59,703 bases of DNA from Pseudogymnoascus verrucosus (Eukaryota): assembly GCA_001662655.1 (NCBI GenBank), contig KV460264.1. One strand, 5' to 3'. Each line of letters starts with the position of its first letter. The first letter of the stretch is position 1. Below are positions 21,946 through 34,175 of this stretch, piece after piece. The position numbers and the translations under genes are program-made. A model generated the notes under the pieces. That model was given only the letters and a program-made list of their open reading frames with translations, was not told where the DNA came from and did no database searches.

Positions 21946-23916
21946 ATGGCCAACCCCTTTGGTACGGGCATAATGTCCGTGGTACAACAGGAAAGAGCAG
22001 ATAATCACGCCGCTGAGGAAGCAAGACAAAAAGCAAGAATGGCAAGCAGACATGCACTGGTTGCGAAAGTCAGGTGGGAGGCTGTTGAGAAACAGTGGTT
22101 GGCTACGAAGGAAGCATACACGAACCAGGCGGCGCGATACACGAATGCGACCGATCCAAATGTTACAACCGGCCCAAATGCTGCAACTGGATTGAATGCT
22201 GCAACTGGAACAACTGGAGCAACTGGAGCAACTNNNNNNNNNNNNNNNNNNNNNNNNNNNNNNNNNNNNNNNNNNNNNNNNNNNNNNNNNNNNNNNNNNN
22301 NNNNNNNNNNNNTGGAGCAACTGGAGCAACTGGAGTAACCGGAATTCTTGCGACCCAGGACTGGGATGGCAACGGTATTAATGGTCCCCAGCCTCCTGAT
22401 CGGCCATTGTCAGTTTTCTTGCCTGACCCAGACGCGGTTTTCGATACATACCCGGCAATTCGGAGAGGGCATTGGACTCATGGAGGCTTTCCTGTGGATT
22501 CATCATTTGGCACTGATGGAGACAGATACGAACCGAATGAACATTCGGGGTTACATCGCAGTGCAGATAGTAAGAAGTCAAACAAACCATAAGAGAAAAA
22601 TAGGGTGTTTCTAATGCACGAATATTGGACGGAACAGACATACGACGTATCAACCAGGCACAATTATTTCAATGATGTGGCATCAAGATTATGCATTCGA
22701 CGGATCGTGGAAAGAGGCCGACAAGCCGCATCTCACTCTAAACCGACAATTAGGTATTATTTACTCCAAGAGGCGCAAATTTATTGTTGTAGCACGGTTT
22801 CAAGACCACTTTATAGCTTTGTAGGTTGTCTCTGATTTAATTTGTGACGCCGCTAATTTTGTCAGACCTATATGGACTTCTTACGCCAAAAAATTACCAC
22901 AGGTTTCTCATGAAAAGCATCGTGTAGAGTTTATGCAGATTATCCATCCGGCAGATAGCATCGAACGTGCCAATAAATCTAAATTGACCCCATACGATTA
23001 CCTCTACCAACGCGAGAGGCGACGACAGCCAGGAACCAAGGGTCGACAGACTGCAGAGGGTAGCTGGGACCGACACTTGGAAGACGATTGGCTGGATATG
23101 AAGGACGATGGAAAGGCGCTCCTCTGGTTAACTTTCCCGGATTCTTTCGACTACAGAACGAAGTGTCATGTAATTGGCTCCTTGCAACCCAACTCTGTGG
23201 AGTACTTGCTCAAGACTTGGACTGCAGAGATGCAGAAGACGAGTCTGGGTTATCTGCTTGAGCTGTACCGGGTCCCAGGCCGTCCTCGCCGCGAAAAAAT
23301 GGACGAAGCAAGACAGACGGTAGATGACCTGACTCAGCATTTGCGTCGGGAGTTGAATATAAGTTCCGAAGAAGACACTTCAGGGGTTTGGAACTCTACA
23401 ATCGCCGTGCCCAATTCTTGGTCTGAAGCTCGAAGAGCCCTCTTAGCAACAAGTCTGGAAAAGTTGGCTTCCGCATTAGAAACTGCACAAACACTGGTTT
23501 CGGAAGCTACGTTGCATGGCACCATTTATGAGACAGGAGTCGATACGATGAGATCTATGCAAGAGACAAGAGGATTTCTTCAACTATTAACTAAAATCGT
23601 TAAAGACAAAAATTACAGCAGTCAAACGCCATTATTACCAGCAGGAGAAAACGGGCCTGGAGTAAACCCCCCGCCCTCTCCCTTTTCTGCCGGATGGTCA
23701 AATAACGTGTACAATACAGCTTTTTCTAGACAGCCTGGATTAGGCGAACCGCGATTTGTTGCACCAGGAAGCGAATTGAGTCTCACTGCTGCGCAGCACG
23801 CTCAGTTGGGGCATAATACAGAAAATAATGACCCAAATTGGGTCTTTCCACGGGTTAAAGGTTCGAAGAAAACGACTGAAGCTTCACAGCAAAAGAAAAA
23901 GAGGAAGATAGGATAA
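21946..23916 (+). CDS. Orphan, probably multi-exon protein with an N-terminal Gly-X-Thr repeat; interrupted by an assembly gap; exon structure uncertain
   Basis: Successive same-strand ORFs at 21946-22233, 22313-~22590, ~22650-22795 and 22866-23916. Acceptor-like signals ctaat..acag (~22649) and gctaat..tcag (22865). No family recognised, and this could be two genes. Confidence 0.5.
22189..22342 (+). repeat. 9-bp coding tandem repeat (GCAACTGGA)n = (Gly-Ala-Thr)n spanning a 79-N gap (22234-22312)
   Basis: The same unit is present on both sides of the N run. Confidence 0.9.
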
Positions 23917-24570
23917 GAGGACTGCTGTGGACAGTGATACACTCTCGAGGAGAAATGGCCAGGCAGAGTATGCCTTGTTTGGAATGGTTAAAGGATTGCA
24001 ATGTGGGACTTATGTCTTTTGTTTATTTCCGGGCGATGGGCTGTTTCTGTGTTTCTGCTTCAGTGCAGTGTTCAGGTTTTTACTTCTATTTGTATGCTAT
24101 TTAGTTCTGATTGCACGCCGCGTTTTGAATCATAAGCTGTCTACCCTTAGGCTTTCAAGAATGAAGTATCGTTTGACAATCCTGAATGTGTTCGTTATTT
24201 ATGGTCTTCGCACCTTTAATCTTAAGTCATCACTGATTGGATTCTTGGGCATCCCATTTGCAAGATCTGTATCACGCATAAACATAGGTCGACTAGTCAA
24301 AAAGTAAATTTCTCCATTCATATATACTAATCAATCAAGCAGAGTCCCAAAAGAATATTCAAAATCAGTTGGAGACAATGAGTCCAACTTCTGAAACAGT
24401 AGCCAAAGACACCAACTACTCTGTGCAAAACCCAATTCACATTGTTACTGAAAAATCAAATAAAACAGCAGCCCGTTTTCTTCCCTAAAACCGTGGCCAC
24501 AACATGCACTTATCCGTTGCCCCTCTCTGTCTCACCCCTCTCTGCGCGTCAATACCGTCGCCGTATCCTC

Positions 24571-25740
24571 CTACCTTTGCACTCTTTTGACGGGGTTGGT
24601 GGTAACATCATCCGAAGGTTCAGGTTCCCGGGCCCGCTTCAGAGGTTGGAATCCTGTAGCGTTGCCAGTTGTTTGCCCCGTTGCCGGCCCCGATGTTCTT
24701 TTCTGGGTTGCTGCACCTGCATAAGTCTGCCCCTGTCCCGCCGTCGAATATGTTTGATTCGCGGGCCAGGTCGTCTTTGCTAGGCTTGTCTGCTTTTCGA
24801 ACTCCGTCTCATCGGCTGGGCGTTGTCGCTTCTCACTCCAAAGACTATATGGGGCATTGCTCCACATCATAGGATCCAACCCGGCGAGTGTGGTTGATAG
24901 GGAACTCTTAGTCGCCATCAAGTAAAGTTCGCAGAGTTTGCTTAGGGATGGAGGGTCCAAGTTACCAAGGAACTCAACCCTACTCCTATATGATAACGCT
25001 TCGGGATATGTGAACCAAACATTTGCACGCGGTGATACGCTTTTACGGCCAGCCTCTGCTGCTGTTGTGGTTGTGTAAATGCATCCATGCTCCGTTTCGG
25101 GGGTTGTATTAACATCGAACTTGTTTCGAATAGAGACATATTCGCCCCTCATCTCTGGTTTTGAATCAAGCCCGAACCCTTTATGCGTAAAAACTGGCCT
25201 GTTTCGGTCAATCCTTTGGCTTCCATGATCCCTTCCAAGCCGTCAACAGTATATAACTTACAATGTTATGCAATGGTCGATAAAGCGCGCGATGACAATA
25301 ACCTTGCGGGTTTTAACAAACACATTCATTGCCTTCATTCCTGGAATATCCGGGGTGAGTAAATCCTCCTTCTTTCGGTCTACGTCGGCTCGTGTCAAAT
25401 TATTATGGTCCTCAGTGAAGGTCCAGATACAAGCGATTCTGCCTGGGATAAACTCATACTTGGTCCTCGATCCCATAACTGTAAGTTGTTTAGTCATAAA
25501 TTCTCCAGTAAGGGGAAAGGATACATGTATACATTTAATGGTGCTGACACCGGGGCCATAATTGGCGGTAGTCGATGTGCTGGGATTTTGTGTCATGCCC
25601 GTTGGAGGAGGTTGGCGCCAGTTCGTCGGTGTCATCCCCGTTAGAGAAGATTGGCGCGAATTCGTCGAAGTAATCCCCCTCACAAATCGCGAAGGCGTTT
25701 CATCGCGGCTAGGATCCGTCCGCCAATTATCTCCAGACAT
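24571..25740 (-). CDS. DUF6590-like fungal protein (exons >=25740-25262, 25198-24571; an upstream exon is possible)
   Basis: A 63-bp intron GTAAGT..TTGAC..ACAG joins the ORFs to give KTRKVIVIARFIDHCITLPVFTHKGFGLDSKPEMRGEYVSIR...VWFTYP...VEFLGNLDPPSLSKL, resembling the DUF6590 pattern as I recall it. Confidence 0.7.
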
Positions 25741-26544
25741 AGCTTGTGAATCGTCTTGCTGGATAATAGGCCGAAGGCGTTCTGATTCTCGTATCACGGT
25801 GGTTCTTCAAACAACTCTCTGGGACTGAAAATAATTATGTGCTCGCAATCAACAAAATCATCTTTCTATCGAGGGAGAAGAATAGACTCCGAGCATGATA
25901 ATGTCTTTCTGAGATAGACAAAGACCTTGAGTTACGATGATTGCCCGCATGCCATGAAAGGAGCCTACCATGAAAGGAACCATCGAGTTTCTCAAAAGCC
26001 GGAAGCGGAATTCTCACAACAAAGGACTTGAGTCAAGTCCGCATGCGATTTTGTCATTGTAAACTATTTGCGATATGTATTTCTAAGAAACTATTGAAGA
26101 GAGACAACGGTAGCAGCCAGAGGCTGACCAAATGCCCAAGCATGATCATCGGTTTGAAGCTGCACGGGTAACATCTGGCAAACTGCGCGGGTTTTAGCCG
26201 TAGTATTTGATGGCAAATAAATATATATACACGGCAGTTGGACAGAACAAGGCTTGCAGATGTGACGCTGTCGTCAATTTAAAGGTGGTGTTCTGGACCC
26301 TGAGAGGTCCATCTGAAGCAAGCTGATGCTGCCAAATACTCTAGTAATGATGACCAATGAACCCCGCCACTAAGCGGAATCCATTGCGCAATACCCCGCG
26401 GTGCTATAGATGGGTTTGAAATCCCCAACTGGGGCGAACGAACGATAAAAGGCTTCACTTTCCATATATTCACCGTATAGATCTTGTGGCATATCTGTAT
26501 CTTATTTTCTGTATATTTAACTCGAGAACCTGTTGGCTCCCATT

Positions 26545-27316
26545 ATGGCAGACCCCACTCTATATACTTACCCCTCCCCACTCGAGGGTTATCGCGACCT
26601 CCCACCCCTTCCAAATGATATTTCTGAGGACGGAAAGAGCTTCAAGAACCCATCGACTGGAAAGCTTAGCGATAGCTATACCAAATTCACTGCTCCGCTG
26701 AAAAATGGAAAGGATGCTGCATTGTAAGTCATAAGCACGTGACAATAAGGCGTTCTTCCCTATGTGTGTGGCATTATAACTGATATAACACAGTGATGTA
26801 CATATATACTACTTCCAGAGCAATGATTACCAAGTCAAATTTGCGACAGAATTGTGGGAACGCATCCGCCGCGAATGTATGCCATGCTCAGTTCTTTTCT
26901 GCCTCCCTTTACCCCTCCTCTGCCACCCTTTACCCCTCCTCTGCCCCTCTTCGACCCCGATTCCAAAGATCCGGTGGTCATATCCCTAACACACAACAGT
27001 CCCTGAACTCCGCATCTACAAAATATGGGACAAGCCCATCGGGCCCCATCCCATTGCGATGTTCGAGGTAAACCTCTTCACGCCCGCACAGTTCGGAGCC
27101 TTCGTTCCTTGGCTGGTGATCAACCGCGGTCCCCTGAGCGCACTGGTGCATCCGAACACCAAGGAGATTGTGGACGGGAAGGATGTGAGCGATGAGGAGA
27201 GAGACCATACGCAGCGGGCAACATGGATGGGAGAGCCTGTGCTGCTCGATTTGAGCATTTTTAAGCGTATGAAGGCCGCCGCCAGGGCAAAGGCAGCGGC
27301 AGAGGCAAAGGCATAG
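26545..27316 (+). CDS. DOPA 4,5-dioxygenase family protein (exons 26545-26723, 26794-26876, 27000-27316)
   Basis: Spliced product: FDVHIYY...ELWERIRREFPELRIYKIWDKPIGPHPIAMFEVNLFTPAQFGAFVPWLVINRGPLSALVHPNT...DHTQRATWMG. Confidence 0.93.
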
Positions 27317-27398
27317 GAAGCGCGGTCTTGGATATGTGTCTGCCCTCCAAGCTGTACCTAGGCTAAATAGTCGTTCAATGTGTTGATAGTCTTTCCAG

Positions 27399-28592
27399 TT
27401 ATCGGAACCACCAGTTTGCCGATGCATTGAGACCGTCGCCCTCGCTTTTGATGCTATGCCACCAGCCCTTGGGAATGAAAAGGGCATCTCCAGGCCGAAC
27501 AGTGACTTCGTGGCCGTCCAAGTTGGAAGGGTTCCAAACTGCTTCTTTGAGCTCTACCCTCTCGCGCCCCTGCATCATTTCCTCGCCGCGGAACGCTGCC
27601 GTGGGAGTAGCGCCTATCTTACGTCGCACCGCCGCGAATATTGCCTGCCCTTTACGCGGTTCAAATATGCGTACTTTCTTAGAGCTTGAGAGTTGGACAA
27701 ATAGGTTTGGATTTGGGTCTTTGTGTAGTGGGGTGAACGTTGGCGGTGTTCCAATCCAGATGTTTGCATCGTAGACATCCCCCTTCCCGGCCTTCAAGAC
27801 AAGTTCTGGCGAGGGCAGATCATCTCGAAGCTGCTGAGGCAGATCTGCCATTTGCGCCTGTGCTATATAGAGACCGTGAAGCCCAAACTGTGTAGAGCCT
27901 GGGTTTTGCCGACTTGCGGTGATAATCAGCTCCAGGGGTGCATGAAAAGAGTGAAATTTTTGGAAGAGCGGCGCATGACGGCGGAGGAGCTCGACTTGGC
28001 GTTCCGTCAACGGTTCATCAAGTTTTACTCCCCCTGGGGAAGAGGGGGTATCAGCTTCAGTAGGCTGAGAGGTATTTCGTCCGTCGTCTTTATCAGCGAG
28101 AGCACAGTCTCTCAGGAGCTCCTTGATGGTTACATCACTAGGTGGAAGATACCTCGACAAAGACGAAGCATTTTCGGAAATAAATTTGCTGAGGATATCC
28201 TGGCCATTTTGGCTGTTAAAAACTGGAGTTACCAGCTCGTAAGGTAGCACAGTTGATTCGAAGGGCTTGAGATATTCCTCTTGAAAGAATACCACGTCAT
28301 CGCCAACTCCGGCCTCCTTGCTCTTGAACCATCGGTCTATGGCCGGGATACCTGCTCCAGCGGCGATTTTTGTAGAACCGATCGTTTCTGGTCTCTGAAT
28401 AAGGATGGGGGTCGCCGGGATGAAGGCTTTCTCCTGAAAAACGCGAGCTGAGACATCTGCAAGATTGCTGTGGATGATAGTTATGTGACGCCGCAGCAGT
28501 GGACCGGTTGCAAATTTACAACATAACGACTTCGTAAATACACCATTAGGATAGCGAATTAGGCCAGCGCCTGTGCTTCTCATGATTCTCAT
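27399..28592 (-). CDS. JmjC/cupin-like 2-oxoglutarate/Fe(II) oxygenase
   Basis: LYIAQAQ..DLP..L..DL, NIWIG..TFTPLHKDPNPNLFVQ (HxD), and PGDALFIPKGWWHSIKS...SANWWF. The start Met is uncertain (28592 or 28583). Confidence 0.9.
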   Translation of the reverse strand: MRIMRSTGAGLIRYPNGVFTKSLCCKFATGPLLRRHITIIHSNLADVSARVFQEKAFIPATPILIQRPETIGSTKIAAGAGIPAIDRWFKSKEAGVGDDVVFFQEEYLKPFESTVLPYELVTPVFNSQNGQDILSKFISENASSLSRYLPPSDVTIKELLRDCALADKDDGRNTSQPTEADTPSSPGGVKLDEPLTERQVELLRRHAPLFQKFHSFHAPLELIITASRQNPGSTQFGLHGLYIAQAQMADLPQQLRDDLPSPELVLKAGKGDVYDANIWIGTPPTFTPLHKDPNPNLFVQLSSSKKVRIFEPRKGQAIFAAVRRKIGATPTAAFRGEEMMQGRERVELKEAVWNPSNLDGHEVTVRPGDALFIPKGWWHSIKSEGDGLNASANWWFR

Positions 28593-29016
28593 GTCGTCGG
28601 GTCCTGTCAAGACTCATGGCCCTTGGTCGATGATTGGGTGAAAGGGGCGAAACGCGCCTTGGCGAAGTTCCGATCCCGTGACATTGCACAATTAAGTCAC
28701 GGATTATACAAATAATCCCCTATGCATAACGAAATTCAAAAGCATCTTCTTTTTCTCTATTTTGAAGTATGAAAAGCAATGGGCAGGGTCCTGGTGACTG
28801 TACTACTATTTAAACAGAAATTGTGTTTTGGTGGACTGCTCGGCATGGTCACTCACAACGAAGACCTTTGGTCTCACAAGCACTATGAACTTTGGTTATT
28901 CATGTCAAAGTAATGTCTAACCATTGAAAGGAAAGGATGTATTAATCAAAGCTTCGCTATGCAATGGTAAACCCTAAAGTAGTGCGCCCAGTTCCCAAGG
29001 ACTTCCCCCAATGCCA

Positions 29017-31143
29017 TCAGATCGACCCAGCTCCTCTCACGAGGGAGTGCCCCAAAGTGGCTAAAAGCTGCGCTGCAGCACCTCTGGCAGAAGCGGCACC
29101 TTCTTTCCAGCCAAATCTGAGACCCGCCCGACGTGTGAAATACAGTCCTGTGGCTATTCCTGTCAGTGCTGCTATCCGAAAAACTGTTTTGGCCCGCTTC
29201 TTGATCAAGCCCTTGGTGGTGTATCTATAATTCCAGTGATTATAATTTGGAAACATGCATAAAAGCGAGAACCACACTTGGGAGTACCTGAGATTCTAGT
29301 TAGTATGAAAAATGCAAGAAGATTCGTCGACTTACGGGTAAGTAGTCGAGTTCCAACCGTCTTCTCCCATGTACCAGTTTCTGCAACCACCGATATTCCA
29401 TATCCTTTTCTTGAGAGACTTCTGAATATCCGCGGTCCATGCCAGCTCAGCTTCTTTCTTCACTTCCACAGAGTGAGCGTCGCCTTTCAGTATTGGCTCA
29501 ACCAATTTCATGGCATAATTGACCATGTTTTCAGTGGCGAGCACCACACTTGAGTGCCCCGTCACTGTGTTTGGACCAAAGATGACGAAGAAGTTCGGGA
29601 ACCCGTCCATGGCGCTGCCCATATACAACTGAGGTCCACCACGCTCGTGGAAAACTTCCTCGAGGGACTGCCCACTCCGGCCGATAACTTCGAGGGGATG
29701 GAGCCAGTTCAATGTCTCGAAACCGTTTGCGAGAATTATAACATCGGCGCGGACAGTTTCTGTGATGTTGGCAGCAACTTTGACATCTTCGACCGCCTGC
29801 GATCCACGGGTAGGACCAAGCGTTACCCGATCCTCCTGAACACTGGTAAGTGGAAGAGTAGAAAGCACGATCTTCTTATCATTCAGAGAATTGAGCCATT
29901 TTCCATCAATGACTAGGCGCTTGCAACAAACACCATATTTGGGGGTGAGTATCTTTTAGAAGTCAGTAGCTGCGAGGCTCGAATATGAATACAGAAAACT
30001 TACCTCATGGTACTTCTTTGGGACCTTTTTCTTCATGTAATCAACAAGTGCCACCTCAAGCTTCGCCCTCTCATTTTCAGCGTATTTACTGTCCCCAAAG
30101 AGTCTCCAGTCGTATTCTGCTCGTGTAGCGATATACAGTCTCCGGAGTCTAGCAAATCCCGGAATGTACGTATTCAACCACGGACTCCATTTCTCCCAAT
30201 CCTCCTCTCCGAATCCAAATGGAGGAACTTGCCTCGGGACCACCCAGGGAGGCGATCGCATGAGCTGAGTGACTGACTTTGCCTCATATGTTTTAGTGAG
30301 CTCTGGGACAAATTGAGCCGCACTACAGCCTGTCCCAACCACGAGGATATTCTTATCTTTCAGGTCAACGTCATATCTCCACCTGGCTGAATGGAAGATG
30401 GGGCCTTGGAAATCCTCTACTCCTGGAATAGTTTCTGGCATGCGATTTGGTTCTACCAGACCTCCAACTGCACTGATCAATACTTTGGCTCTGATTTTCT
30501 CTGAGCGGACGAATACTGAACTCTCGCCTTGATTCTCCAACATAGTGACTCGATCATAGGTGCTTAGATCACCAACGCCTTTGAGGAGTTCATGTATTGT
30601 CAACTCCCAGACGCCTTCGACCTCGTTCCAACGGCACGAGGTAACTTCGCTATTAAGCTGAATCTTGTCAACAATTTCATATTTCTCGCAGACTCCTTGA
30701 AGATATTTGACGATTTCTGGCCCAGGGGGGTAAAGCGAAGACCACTTGTGATTTTGAGCAAAAGAGAATGAATAGAAAGCGGCTTGGCTGTGGGCGATAT
30801 TAGCACGAAAACGAACATAGCCAGAAGCTAAGAAATAAGATCTTACATATCGCATGCCACTCCAGGGTATCTGTTGATCCACCATGTCCCGCCAATACCT
30901 GATTGCCTGTCAAAAAGGCGAAACTGGTCAAAGCCAAACTTTTCCTTGAGACGACAACCCATGGCAATGCCGGATTCCCCAGCGCCTATAATGGCCACGG
31001 GATAATATGTGTAGCTGTTGGCATCATATCCATTTTCTTTGGAGATTCGTGTGCCGTAAACCTGAAAAGCGTGAGCTGGATGTCGTTTCTACATGGGCTG
31101 GTTTCAATACCTGTCCAGAGCCCTTCGAGCCTGTTGAAGCCAT
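29017..31143 (-). CDS. Baeyer-Villiger / flavin-binding monooxygenase (exons 31143-31111, 31061-30847, 30787-30004, 29952-29336, 29287-29017)
   Basis: IIGAGESG, GGTWWINRYPGVACDI, FQGPIFHSARW fingerprint, VVGTGCSA, ILANGF and GFPNFF. Four canonical introns keep the frame. Confidence 0.93.
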
Positions 31144-31199
31144 GGCTTGGAACTGTATGTGAGGTGTTTGAAGAAGAGGGTGGTGAATGGAGTAATGAG

Positions 31200-31323
31200 G
31201 TCGATATAAATAAATATCAACCTGGAAAGAGGGTGGTCAATGGATCTAGTAGTCGAAGCCGATATCAACAAATATCAACCTCGGGATGTAACTGAAGTCG
31301 ATATAAACAAATACCAACCTGGA
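31200..31323. repeat. Three ~27-bp imperfect direct repeats upstream of the monooxygenase
   Basis: gtcgatataaataaatatcaacctgga (31200), gccgatatcaacaaatatcaacctcgg (31258), gtcgatataaacaaataccaacctgga (31297). Confidence 0.85.
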
Positions 31324-33125
31324 GATGCAATTGCCGTTCGCGTGCTAGATTCTTAAAATAAGCAGTGGGTTTATTCACTGATAGTATTTGCTTCAAGAGA
31401 CCGTTCTTTACTCGGCGCTTATTCCGTTGCACTAAGTGAATCTTGTGACACAGGCAGTAAGTACGGATTCACTTCGGGAGCACTATTTCAAGGAATTTGC
31501 CAAGTTTGAGGTAACCAACCGGTTCAAGCGGCACGTTCGACCACTGATTGTTTCCAAAATTGGTTATAAAGAAGCCGACAGACTTCAAGCCGCAAAAAAC
31601 AGTCCGACTGTGAGGTAGCAGAAACGTGAATATCAATGCCAGTTAAGCCAAGAAAAGGAGATATGCTTCCAGTTATCAATATTTATATAATGACTTGTCG
31701 CTCCAGTATATATATCCTATTTCGTCGGAGAGTCAAATGTCTCACCTGACCTTGCTCAAAGACACTATGGGTGCAGCTCACCGATGCCGGCCGCACATAC
31801 ATACTGAGTCTGTGCTTCAAAAAGCGCCACAGGCTTCTGTTGGCGTTCAGCCAAGTGGTTCTAGATCTCTAATAAATAATACATATATTTAGAGCAGTTT
31901 AATAGTTCAAAATTTGTGAATTGCTTGCGCTGTACCAAGAGTGCCACTCGGGGTTTGTCGGTTTATGAGACTCATTTATGACCAATCTTTTCGGCTTCGC
32001 CCCCACGTTTTTATGTCGCAAACCTCGGACAAATAAACCATAACATGGCATTGTGTTGTCGTCATCCTCCAAAACATCATGCCCCATTCATTCCCCAGCT
32101 AAAAATGACCAAATAAAGCTATACTTAGCCTGATTTCTAGCGTTCTTGCCCCCTCTATCAAACACGGCAGCTGTCCCATCGTGGCTTCCCATTGCAGTGT
32201 CTGGTGGATACTGGAAGGAAGCACCAGATATCCTCTTTCCAGAAACCGCAATGGGTGAAATAGTTGGAAAGCATACCTGTATTTACTGGAGCAGTATGAG
32301 GTATTCTTGCAGAACAAACAACGGCATATGGCGTGTTGATGGAGGAGAATAGGTTGGCTTGGTCCCTTTCCTCGGGTCTAGCTTAGTAGCTAAAAATTGA
32401 CCCTTATTTATGCCAAAAGTGACAGTCGGGTAGCATATTAAAAAAAGGCTAGTAGCCCTTTGTTTTCTACCTTGCAATTCAATAACTTTAAGATAGCCAT
32501 ACAAAAAAGAACAAGAACCCATTGTTGACGCCCTTTGTTTTCTCAGAAAAGGAAAGTGTCACGTGCTATGCTTGGCGTTTACGTATTTCCAAATACGCTT
32601 TAGCGCACTGATGAGAGCACCCACGCTCGGAATTCATTGCGAAGCCGCGATATCAGAGAGCACCACGCGCGAAAACCGAACGTTTCGACTGTCAGAGGTT
32701 ATATTGAACCTTCTCCATATCAGTTTGCTGTTATTATTGAGCAACTAAAGTATAGCCGCGCTCTCCAAGACCACCTTCCCCCCTCCGACTACAGCGCGTG
32801 CAAACGCATTATCGCAGTTCGACCCCGCCATCCGCGATCTGCATCTTCGCTGGGACAAACAGCTCTGCTTCCAGATAAGCGACAACTACCTCAATCTCTC
32901 AGAGTATATCGATATACTGTTCAGATATCCGACATAGGGTACCGACTCTCTATTTTCGATCCCCGACCTCCTTCCTGCTGCAGCTGAGGCTCCCATACCA
33001 TAGCCGCTAAGCCTCTACGTTCACATATCGGGTATAACAAAACCAAGCGCGCTGCTGAGAGGGCACATTGAAGCTTAGGGACGAGAGCATAAAATCATCG
33101 GGCATTCTTCGATAGCCTGCTTGAG

Positions 33126-34175
33126 ATGTCGTCCTCGTCTGCCAGCCCCGAATCGTGGATCACCTCGTTCTGCTCTCTACTGGGCCACGAATACTTCGCC
33201 GAAGTTTCGGAAGACTTTATTGAAGATGACTTCAATCTTACGGGCCTACAAGGCCAAGTGCCAATGTATAAAGAGGCATTAGAGGTACGCATTACGTCTT
33301 TCCTTCGCCATATGTTTTGAATTGCCGATTTCAATGCTGACCCCTCCAAGATGATTCTAGATGTTGAGCCCGAAGACACTGAAGAAGAGGAGGATGATGA
33401 TGATGATGAGGATCCAGATGAGTCCCTTGAAAGCGCAGCACGTCGGCTTTCAGAGCGCCGCCAGAACCGCATGACATCGGATCTCTCAGTTATCGAATCC
33501 TCGGCCGAATTGCTCTACGGGCTGATCCATCAGCGCTATATATGCTCTCGCGCCGGCATCCAACAGATGAGCGAGAAGTACGAGCTCTCTCACTTCGGAA
33601 ACTGCCCGCGCACGAACTGCGACCACGCCAGGACTCTACCAGTAGGCCTATCTGATGTGCCAGGAGATGATACGGTGAAGCTATTTTGCCCAAGCTGTCT
33701 CGACGTTTACGTTCCACCGAACTCGCGGTTCCAAACCGTGGACGGCGCGTTCTTTGGCCGGACTTTCGGCTCTCTCTTTCTCATGACCTTCCCGGACTAC
33801 GACCTGTCCAAGAAGGCCACCGAGGTTCTCTCGTCATCTCGGGCTGCGGATGGTGAAGAGAAGCCAATGGTAAATGGCATGCTTGCACATAACCTGGCCC
33901 CTGGTTTGGGCAAGGGCAAGGTGTACGAGCCACGAATCTATGGCTTCAGGGTCAGTGAGCGGGCACGCAGTGGGCCAAGGATGCAATGGCTTCGCAGTCG
34001 GCCAGACAACGTGCAGGTGCTTAATACGGCGCTGAACTACGGCGATGAAGATATGGAGGACAATGATGCCGCGGTTAATCCGCAGAAAGTGCGAAGGGCG
34101 GGCCAGTTAAAGGGCGCTGGGGCCAGGAGGAAGAATGACGGGAGCCCCATGAGCGTGGATCAGTCGGGACTATGA
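33126..34175 (+). CDS. CKB1: Casein kinase II regulatory beta subunit (exons 33126-33284, 33351-34175)
   Basis: SWITSFCSLLGHEYFAEVSEDFIEDDFNLTGL, an acidic loop, LYGLIHQRYI, the zinc finger CPRTNC...CPSC, DGAFFG and YEPRIYGF. Confidence 0.96.

Noticed and set aside
31200..31323. CRISPR-like repeat-spacer array
   Set aside because: Eukaryotic context, only three degenerate non-palindromic repeats, unequal spacers and no cas genes.
32637..32987. 116-aa ORF or uORF upstream of CKB1
   Set aside because: Non-ATG start and no coding signature. It is likely promoter or 5' UTR sequence.
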